Under the pieces are notes generated by a model, which was not told the DNA's origin, made no database searches, and saw nothing but the letters and a program-made list of their open reading frames with translations. Both the position numbers and the translations under genes were made by a program. Shown here one piece after another: positions 57,146 to 64,000 of a stretch of DNA of 64,000 nt. Origin of the DNA: Candidatus Woesearchaeota archaeon (lineage in GTDB: Archaea > Nanobdellota > Nanobdellia > Woesearchaeales > BS150m-G63); assembly GCA_016784165.1 (NCBI GenBank), contig JADHVD010000001.1, forward strand, positions 25,061 to 89,060, in the 5' to 3' direction. Positions within the stretch are counted from its first letter, which is position 1, and the number at the start of each line of letters is the position of its first letter.

Positions 57146-59350
57146 TTATTCCTTATATTCTGTTTCAACAATCTCTTTTATCTTTTTTGCTTTTGTGATC
57201 CCTATTTTTTCTACTTTTGTGAGTTCGCTTTGTTTTGCATTGATTATCTTTTTGATTGTTTTGAATTCGTTTAGAAGTGGTTTTGCAAGTGTTGGGCCAA
57301 TACTGGGGAGGGCACTTATTAAGTATTCTTGTTGTTCTTTTAGACTACGAGAGTTTTTACTGCTGTGAGGGGTGAAAGAGTGTTTGTTTTTTTCTTGTTC
57401 TCTTTTGGCTATTATATATAGGAGTGATGCTGTTTCTTCTGCGTCTAAGGTTTTTATAATTGGGATTTTATAATCAATCGTTATTGTGGCCAACATCCCC
57501 CTTATTGCATTAGGGTGTACCCTCCTTACTTTGTAGATGTCTTGTTCTCCTTCTATTATTATAATTGGGGAATCATAGTTTTCTTTTAAGTTTTTTATTT
57601 GTTCTAAGAGTCTACCATCCACTATTGAATTTACAAAATCTGTAGGTGTTTTATATTCTACTGCAGCTCTTTCACTACAGAGATAGTCTGCGCTTTTTAG
57701 TTGTTGAAGTTTTACTTCTACTCCTTTGGCGATAAGGTTTTTTATTATAGCTGAATTCCTTTCTCTATGATCTACGAAAATTAATAGGTTGTGATTTGGA
57801 ATGAATTCTTTTAATGTTGGTTGTTCTTTTTTTCTTAAGGGCGATGTTATTTTGTTTTTTAGTGTTTCAAGAATTCCATACATCTTTTTTTGTTTATGGT
57901 GTGCACTCCACCTAAAAGCAACATCTCTTGTATCTTTTGTTAAGAGTATCATCACTTTTCCTTTTTCTAACCTCCCTGTTCTCCCTCTTCTTTGTATGTG
58001 ACGAATAGCGCTAGGTATTGGTTCATAGAATATAACTAAATCAACTTTGGGGATGTCTAATCCTTCTTCTGCTATAGATGTTGCTACTAAAATGTTGAAT
58101 TTTCCTGCTCTGAAATCATCAAGAATTGCTTTTTGCTCTTTTTGGCTGAGTCCTGTTCCTGCTTTTTTTAGTTGACCAACAAAGAGATTTGCTTTAGCCC
58201 CTTTTATTTTATTTAGTTCTTCAACTATTTTAGATGCAGAATCTCTGTATTGATTAAATATTAATATTTTGGTGTTGTTTTTTAATTCATTAATTATTAT
58301 TTCTCTTAATTTTGTTAGTTTAGGGTGTTCTATTTTTTCATCAATCAATCTTTCTGTGAGGAGGAACACTGATTTGAAATTTGGATCTATAACTAAATTT
58401 TTGACTGCTTTTATTTTTGTAGTTATTGATTGAGATCTTAGTTTTTGTAGGTAATGGTAGAGGGGAGAGATTCCTTGGGTTTCTATTAATTCTTGAGCGT
58501 GTTGTATTTTAATTATTTCTGCAACTAGAGATATTGATTGCCATAAAGTATAGTTAGTTCTCTCTTGGGTTGCTTGTTTGTGGAGTTCTGTTTGCATTCC
58601 CAATAAATCTCTTTTAGTTATGTAAGATAATGGTTTTTTTAAGATTCCCCAAGATTTTAATTTTAGTAATCTTTCTTTTGCTGTGTTTTCAAGTAGTGTT
58701 TTTATTTTCTTTAATTTTTCTGGGAGTTCAACTTCTACCCAAGTTAATTCAGTTTCTTGAACATAGGGCTTTACATCTGGATCTTGTTCTGTCCTTACTT
58801 CTACTTCTTCAATGAAAAGATTTTCACATACTTCTGTTACTTTTTCTATTTCTGAACCTGGTGAAGCGGTTAATCCAATTATTCTTGGATATTTTGCTAA
58901 TTTGTTGTATTGTTTTGCAACCCAAACATAAGCATAATTACTTACAGCTCTATGTGCTTCATCTACTCCAAGAAGACTCACTTCTTTTAGATTAATTCTT
59001 TTTGATATAATGTCATTTTCAATGCTTTGAGGTGTGCTGAAGATTATTTTTGAATTGTTCCAGAGCTCTATTCTTTTTTTTGGAGTGGTTGCTCCTGTAA
59101 AAATGGCCATTGTTTTGGGGTCTGTCTTGAAGTTTTTTTGGAAGGCTAAGAAATATTGATCTATTAAAGGTTTTGTTGGTCCAATTAATAGAATTTTAGA
59201 TTTGGGATATTGAGATAATCTTTGAGCAGCTAGCATGAGAAATATGTTTGTTTTTCCTAGTCCTGTTGGGAGCACAACTAAAGTGTTTTTCATTGAAGCA
59301 GTAGCTAGAATTGTTTCTTGGTATAATCTAGGTGTGAAATTTTTAATCAT
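57146..59350 (-). CDS. hef: Hef helicase-nuclease (FANCM/XPF family)
   Basis: PTGLGKT, DEAH, TASP, QRRGRTGR; ERCC4 domain (VD.RE, ADY, VEYK) and HhH. Confidence 0.92.
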   Translation of the reverse strand: MIKNFTPRLYQETILATASMKNTLVVLPTGLGKTNIFLMLAAQRLSQYPKSKILLIGPTKPLIDQYFLAFQKNFKTDPKTMAIFTGATTPKKRIELWNNSKIIFSTPQSIENDIISKRINLKEVSLLGVDEAHRAVSNYAYVWVAKQYNKLAKYPRIIGLTASPGSEIEKVTEVCENLFIEEVEVRTEQDPDVKPYVQETELTWVEVELPEKLKKIKTLLENTAKERLLKLKSWGILKKPLSYITKRDLLGMQTELHKQATQERTNYTLWQSISLVAEIIKIQHAQELIETQGISPLYHYLQKLRSQSITTKIKAVKNLVIDPNFKSVFLLTERLIDEKIEHPKLTKLREIIINELKNNTKILIFNQYRDSASKIVEELNKIKGAKANLFVGQLKKAGTGLSQKEQKAILDDFRAGKFNILVATSIAEEGLDIPKVDLVIFYEPIPSAIRHIQRRGRTGRLEKGKVMILLTKDTRDVAFRWSAHHKQKKMYGILETLKNKITSPLRKKEQPTLKEFIPNHNLLIFVDHRERNSAIIKNLIAKGVEVKLQQLKSADYLCSERAAVEYKTPTDFVNSIVDGRLLEQIKNLKENYDSPIIIIEGEQDIYKVRRVHPNAIRGMLATITIDYKIPIIKTLDAEETASLLYIIAKREQEKNKHSFTPHSSKNSRSLKEQQEYLISALPSIGPTLAKPLLNEFKTIKKIINAKQSELTKVEKIGITKAKKIKEIVETEYKE

Positions 59351-59482
59351 AGGACTAAGATGGGCTATTGGTTTATATAGATTTATAGCTTTTTATTCTT
59401 ATTTTTGATTGTATATAATCTAATTCTAAATAATTTAAATATGTTTTAATTTAAATGGGTTTGATTTAAATTGGTTTGATTT

Positions 59483-59815
59483 TTACTTTAAGTATTTGTT
59501 TTCGTGCAAATAATAACTAAATAATGCACCTATTAAGAATAAAAGGAGAGTGATAAATTTATTGCCATAATAACTTCCAAGTATATAGCCGATTAAGAAC
59601 CCTACAATTACTATGAAATAAGGTATTTTTACATTTTTTCTTTGCTGAAACCAGAATCGTCCAACAACCATGCCACAGAGAAATATAATAACATAGCTTA
59701 AGAATGCGCTTCCAGATGAAGCTGCTAGAAAAAATCCTATTACTAATAGTATAAATGCAGAGATTTCTGCCCAATCTTTTGAAAAATTCATTTTGTTAAA
59801 TGGCCTCCTTTTCAA
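59483..59815 (-). CDS. Small multi-pass membrane protein
   Basis: About 4 hydrophobic segments; overlaps the end of the M50 gene; start uncertain. Confidence 0.65.
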   Translation of the reverse strand: MKRRPFNKMNFSKDWAEISAFILLVIGFFLAASSGSAFLSYVIIFLCGMVVGRFWFQQRKNVKIPYFIVIVGFLIGYILGSYYGNKFITLLLFLIGALFSYYLHENKYLK

Positions 59816-60548
59816 AATATATATAAAATAATAACCAAGCTATTCCTGCAATTAATATTGCAAAAATCCATGAGTAAATACTGAAGTAAACTAATAATCC
59901 ATAGCCTGCTATGAATCCAAATATAGTTACATAGAATAATCTCGAATAAAAGAAAATGTGAATTCCATCTAAAGGAGGAATTGGTAAAAGGTTGAATACT
60001 GCGACAGCCCAATTAATTAAGAATGCCTTGTGAACAAGAGCAGCGTTTATTGGTAATGCTGGAAACCATAAAATTATTGTTTTTAATAATGTTGCAATCA
60101 CTATGTTTGCTAAAGGTCCTGCCAATCCAATTATTCCTAAATCAATAGGTCTTACACCATATCTGAATTTACCAAGTCTTTGTATTGCTAAATGGTGGAG
60201 AGTCATACCACTTAAAGCAAAGAACCATAAATGTCCTCTTGAGATTATACATAATATAATTGCAGCTGCAATTCCATACCACCAAATCTTAGTTTTTACA
60301 TCATAACCCCTATTTACCCCAAATAATTTATGTGCTGATTCATGTATAATTATGGCTAATAAAGAAATTATTGTGGCATTGATCAAGTTTTTTAAACCAA
60401 CAAAGAATTCAAATTCTGCACCATATCCCCATTCTCGGTATGAAGCTATAAAACCAAATACTAATGCAGCGATTAGTATTCCTGTCACCTCTTCTTTACT
60501 GAATTTGAAGTAACGCTTTACTTTATCTTGAAAGTCGCGAAATCCCAT
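59796..60548 (-). CDS. Site-2 protease (M50)
   Basis: HESAH, AGP..N, FNLLPIPPLDG. Confidence 0.88.
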   Translation of the reverse strand: MGFRDFQDKVKRYFKFSKEEVTGILIAALVFGFIASYREWGYGAEFEFFVGLKNLINATIISLLAIIIHESAHKLFGVNRGYDVKTKIWWYGIAAAIILCIISRGHLWFFALSGMTLHHLAIQRLGKFRYGVRPIDLGIIGLAGPLANIVIATLLKTIILWFPALPINAALVHKAFLINWAVAVFNLLPIPPLDGIHIFFYSRLFYVTIFGFIAGYGLLVYFSIYSWIFAILIAGIAWLLFYIYFEKEAI

Positions 60549-60575
60549 CTTTTTTAAATTATAGTTTGTAGGTAT

Positions 60576-61274
60576 TTAAGTATTTTGCTTTATTTTGAAA
60601 GAGTAAGATACCACTTCTTGGTCTTTTATCAATTCTATAACTTCTTTTTCATGACCTGCTCCGATGATTGCTAGGGTTTTTTTGTTGCTTTGGATTAGAT
60701 AGAAAAGATTTTTTGCTATAATCTTGTTTCTTTCTTTTATGAGTACTTTGTAAATTGAAGGGTAACGTTTTTTTACTTTATTGATTAGTTTTTTGATTAT
60801 TTCTTCTTTGGGTACTTTTGTTAAGTCAAAATCAATTTCTTTTTTTCTAAAAATAACTGCCTTAACTATATCTGCTAAAAAATTGAATTTTTCTTTCCAA
60901 GTAATTTCTTGAGAAAGTCTTTTTAGTGTTATTTCAATATCTTGATCTATTAATGCTAATTGCGTTTTGTGTTTTTTTGCTAATTTTACTGCTGTGAGCA
61001 TTTCTGTTCCTGGTTTTACACCTACCATTTCTCCTAGTTTTTTTTCTACCCAAGCACCAATGAGACTGAATATAAAACCTTTGAGCCCTATTCTAAAAAT
61101 ATCTTTTAAGTTGATTGATCTTTTTCCTTTATGGAGAAGTGCAGATAGTCTTTTTTTATCTAATTCAACCCCAATTATTTCTGGTTTTTGAGATTCTATA
61201 GCTTTTTTTACTTGATCTATACTTTCTTTCGCTATATGTGAAGTTCCAATAATTGTTAAATTTTTATATTTCAT
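60576..61274 (-). CDS. TraB/PrgY-family protein
   Basis: IGTSH...S, VELD..R, PG.EM, LID..I, ERN, GAGH. Confidence 0.9.
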   Translation of the reverse strand: MKYKNLTIIGTSHIAKESIDQVKKAIESQKPEIIGVELDKKRLSALLHKGKRSINLKDIFRIGLKGFIFSLIGAWVEKKLGEMVGVKPGTEMLTAVKLAKKHKTQLALIDQDIEITLKRLSQEITWKEKFNFLADIVKAVIFRKKEIDFDLTKVPKEEIIKKLINKVKKRYPSIYKVLIKERNKIIAKNLFYLIQSNKKTLAIIGAGHEKEVIELIKDQEVVSYSFKIKQNT

Positions 61275-61361
61275 TTTTTGATGAGATTATTAATTAAATG
61301 ACAATCTTTAAATATTAGTTTAGTTTTAATAAAACTATCCATTTCAAGGGGAGGAATTACT

Positions 61362-61640
61362 ATGTTAAAGATGAAAAGAATATCCGAAGCTTATGATATG
61401 AAAGTTTTTACTGATACTGGCGATTATTTTGGGGATGTGGAAGAGTCAATCCTAACTCACAACAAAGTTTTTGGTTGGAGAGTTAAGGCAACAAGAAACT
61501 CTTTTTTGAATAAAGTACTTGGTTCTGCAAAAGGTGTTATTGTGCCACATCAATTAGTTAAATCTATTGGAGATATCATTATTATCAGTAAAGCGGCTGT
61601 GCCTTCTCAATCATCAGATGATGAATTAGAAGCAGAGTAA
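61362..61640 (+). CDS. PRC-barrel protein (CdpB-like)
   Basis: M.VFTD.G.YFG.V and VP...V.SIGDIIII; GGAGG SD. Confidence 0.85.
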   Translation: MLKMKRISEAYDMKVFTDTGDYFGDVEESILTHNKVFGWRVKATRNSFLNKVLGSAKGVIVPHQLVKSIGDIIIISKAAVPSQSSDDELEAE

Positions 61641-61741
61641 ATTTTAATTTATTTTTTTATTTCTTTTTTATTTTTTAAATTTGATTATTTTATATTTAAT
61701 TTTACTTACATTGTAAGTATTAAGAAATTAGTTTATTTGGT

Positions 61742-62680
61742 TTATTCTAATAGTTCTACACTATCTATTCTTCCGTCGCCGTCAAGGTCAAATCCTTGAA
61801 CAGCTATTGCAAAAGTTTTTTGATTGGAGAATCTTTGAGTGATTAGTTTATGGTGTCTTGTTAATGCAAGTACTGCTGCTTTTGTACCCAGATATCTTAT
61901 TCCTGCTAAAACAAGTATTTTGTTTTCTGGGTTATAGGGGTTTGGAATTCTTGCTATAAAACCACAAGCTTCATCAGTATAGTGTTTTCCTGTTTTTTCT
62001 GAGATTATCCCATAAGGTTTTTTGTCTGAGAATTTTATTGGAAGCATATCATTTACTTTTGAAACTATAAGGTTAGTTATAGGTCCGCCCACAAGAATTA
62101 AGTTGTTTTTCTTTTTGGTTGCTATATCTACATCTAAAACCACACTGAATTTTTTTGAAATTGAACTATAATATCCCAGAAATAATGCTAAATCAATTGC
62201 ATAGTGGCCATCTCTTGCTCTTGCTTTTTGAGGTCCGTGAGGGTCTGGACTTCCTACAACTATGTTGCAGTTTAGCTTGTGATTTTTTATGAAAGGGTTG
62301 AGGAATTCTTTTATTTCTTTGTCTTTTTCTTCATGGATTAATTTATCTATATTTTTCCAATTTTGACTAAGAGATATCACAAAGTTCATTTCTTTCGGTC
62401 TATATTTTTTTGCTACTGTGCCCCGTATTTCTTTTTTTTCAACTAATTCAAGAATTCCCGAATTCAGAAGTTGTTTTATGTGGTAATATACTTTTTGTTC
62501 ATGTAATTTTAATTTTTTAGCTAGTTCTGCTGGATACATTGGTTTTTTTGCTAAAGTTTCTAATATGTTGATTCTTAGAGGGTGATCTATTAAACGCATT
62601 GCAGAAGGATTGTGAAAAATAAAAGCAGAATCATAAATTAATTCGTTTTCTTTTTCTTTTATTAAATAGTTTTTTACCAT
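61742..62680 (-). CDS. ArsR-like HTH regulator fused to a C-terminal alpha/beta domain
   Basis: HP.R..IL..L, ELAK.L..H.Q.VYYH...L; NLILVGGP..N; terminal DLDGDG. Confidence 0.75.
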   Translation of the reverse strand: MVKNYLIKEKENELIYDSAFIFHNPSAMRLIDHPLRINILETLAKKPMYPAELAKKLKLHEQKVYYHIKQLLNSGILELVEKKEIRGTVAKKYRPKEMNFVISLSQNWKNIDKLIHEEKDKEIKEFLNPFIKNHKLNCNIVVGSPDPHGPQKARARDGHYAIDLALFLGYYSSISKKFSVVLDVDIATKKKNNLILVGGPITNLIVSKVNDMLPIKFSDKKPYGIISEKTGKHYTDEACGFIARIPNPYNPENKILVLAGIRYLGTKAAVLALTRHHKLITQRFSNQKTFAIAVQGFDLDGDGRIDSVELLE

Positions 62681-62948
62681 TTAATGGAGATATTCTATTG
62701 GCTTATAAATTTTATCTTTTATTATAACTTTTTTTATAATATTTTTATAATTTTATATAATCTAGTTTTATTTTAAATGGTTGTTTTTAGTTTATTTTTT
62801 ATTTAGTGGCTTATTTATTCTTTTTTGATTGATTTGTGGGTTATTTGGGGTTATTGAGGTTGTAGGTCTTTTAATATTCGCTTTTTCTTTTTTTATTATA
62901 ATCTAATTCTTAATTAATTATTTAAAGGACGGAATTTTAAAGGGTGCT

Positions 62949-63647
62949 ATGGCAACTAAAATTGTAATCATGGCTGCCGGCAAAGGTACAAGAATGATGC
63001 CTTTGACACGGTATGTTCCAAAGACTTTAATCAATGTTGGGGGAAAACCATTCTTATATTATTTGATAAAGAATGTGTTAAAAGCAGGATATACAGAGAT
63101 AGGTATTGTTGTAGGTTATAAAAAAGAGAAGATTCAAGAATTTCTTAAAGATTTTGGGTTTAAGGCAAAATTAATGGAACAAAAGAAAAGACTTGGTACG
63201 GGACATGCACTTAAACAAATTAAGGGGTTTGTTGAAGGGGAAGATTTTGTTGTTATTGGTGGAGATAACTTGTGGTCTACTAATGATTTGAAAGCTATGC
63301 GTAGTAAGAGTAAATTTTGTTATATTGCTGGAATGGAACATCCAAGTCCTGAAAAATATGGTGTGTTGTTAGGGGAAGAAGGGATTCTGAAGAAAATAGT
63401 TGAAAAACCAAAGAGTTTTGTTGGTAATTTGATTAATGTTGGATTGTACAAGTTTACTAAAGATATTTTTGATGCTCTGGATAAAATAGAAAAATCTGAG
63501 CGAGGGGAATATGAATTGACTGATGCAATTTCTTTATTGGCTTCTCAAGGAAAAGTAAAAGTTATGAAACTTAAAGATTATTGGTTAGATCTTGGTTGTT
63601 TAGATGATATACCTATAATTGAGCAATTTTTAACTAAAAAGGTGTAG
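62949..63647 (+). CDS. Sugar-phosphate nucleotidyltransferase (GlmU/RmlA-like NTP transferase)
   Basis: MAAGKGTRM.PLT...PK, LGTG.A, VEKP, RGEYELTD, W.D.G. Confidence 0.92.
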   Translation: MATKIVIMAAGKGTRMMPLTRYVPKTLINVGGKPFLYYLIKNVLKAGYTEIGIVVGYKKEKIQEFLKDFGFKAKLMEQKKRLGTGHALKQIKGFVEGEDFVVIGGDNLWSTNDLKAMRSKSKFCYIAGMEHPSPEKYGVLLGEEGILKKIVEKPKSFVGNLINVGLYKFTKDIFDALDKIEKSERGEYELTDAISLLASQGKVKVMKLKDYWLDLGCLDDIPIIEQFLTKKV

Positions 63648-63657
63648 GGTTGATAAC

Positions 63658-63738
63658 ATGTGTGGAATTTTTGGTTACAAAGGCAAAAAGACTACGTCTT
63701 TAAGCCCTTTAAGGGATTTTGTTGAGGAGATGATTTAA
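63658..63738 (+). CDS. Mini-ORF 1, [26 protein letters not shown]
   Basis: ATG to TAA, 26 aa; translation not demonstrated. Confidence 0.4.
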   Translation: MCGIFGYKGKKTTSLSPLRDFVEEMI

Positions 63739-63739
63739 C

Positions 63740-63820
63740 ATGTGTGGAATTTTTGGTTACAAAGGCAAAAAGACTACGTCTTTAAGCCATTTAAGGGATT
63801 TTGTTGAGGAGATGATTTAA
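63740..63820 (+). CDS. Mini-ORF 2 (P to H variant)
   Basis: Preceded by the same GAGGAGATGA SD-like sequence as glmS. Confidence 0.4.
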   Translation: MCGIFGYKGKKTTSLSHLRDFVEEMI

Positions 63821-63821
63821 T

Positions 63822-63902
63822 ATGTGTGGAATTTTTGGTTACAAAGGCAAAAAGACTACGTCTTTAAGCCCTTTAAGGGATTTTGTTGAGGAGATGATTT
63901 AA
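63822..63902 (+). CDS. Mini-ORF 3
   Basis: Same SD-like sequence; its stop lies 1 nt before the glmS ATG. Confidence 0.4.
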   Translation: MCGIFGYKGKKTTSLSPLRDFVEEMI

Positions 63903-63903
63903 T

Positions 63904-64000
63904 ATGTGTGGAATTTTTGGTTACAAAGGGATGAAGAACTCTTTTTCTGTAGTTTTTAATGGTCTCAAAGATTTAGAATATAGGGGTTATGATTCATGGG
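63904..64000 (+). CDS. glmS: Glutamine-fructose-6-phosphate aminotransferase (runs off the window)
   Basis: MCGIFGY...[14 protein letters not shown], the GlmS N-terminal signature. Confidence 0.9.
   Translation, partial: MCGIFGYKGMKNSFSVVFNGLKDLEYRGYDSW

Larger units (their letters stand above)
63658..63929 (+). repeat. 82-bp tandem repeat: 3 full copies plus a 26-bp partial copy that is the glmS start
   Basis: ATGTGTGGAATTTTTGGTTACAAAGG begins at 63658, 63740, 63822 and 63904. Confidence 0.97.

Noticed and set aside
59449-59481. Near-duplicate 15-mer ATTTAAAT(G/T)GGTTTG
   Set aside because: Only two short AT-rich copies; plausibly chance or slippage.
63658-63903. glmS ribozyme or Tn7 attachment site
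   Set aside because: No recognisable ribozyme core. attTn7 lies at the 3' end of glmS, not the 5' end, and no transposase is seen.
63654-63929. CRISPR array reading (about 30-bp repeats with 52-bp spacers)
   Set aside because: The spacers are near-identical to each other, the repeat is glmS coding sequence, and no cas genes are in the window.

Overview
AT-rich archaeal chromosomal segment, very likely DPANN (Woesearchaeota/Pacearchaeota-like). Support: a fused PriS-PriL primase, an HMf histone, TFE, alpha4-type EndA, archaeal ribosomal proteins and a class III signal peptide. Most of the window is housekeeping: RNA processing, PAN plus three peptidases, TyrRS, PheRS, RFC, pelota, the S10-spc ribosomal superoperon, TopA, Hef and HtpX. 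It also has an ackA-acs-pta acetate cluster. The unusual elements are: (1) an 82-bp tandem repeat (3 copies) in front of glmS, each copy a 26-aa mini-ORF that starts with the GlmS N-terminus and carries a palindrome also found upstream of a TrmB gene; (2) a divergent RtcB-like ligase coupled to an HD phosphohydrolase; (3) a candidate box C/D sRNA; (4) a five-gene surface cluster with three paralogous lipoproteins, a membrane-anchored paralog and a class III-signal protein; (5) a 17-aa charged peptide shared by uS5 and uL22; (6) an RNase HII-like gene that appears to start at ATT. All calls come from reading motifs by eye; no database searches were run.
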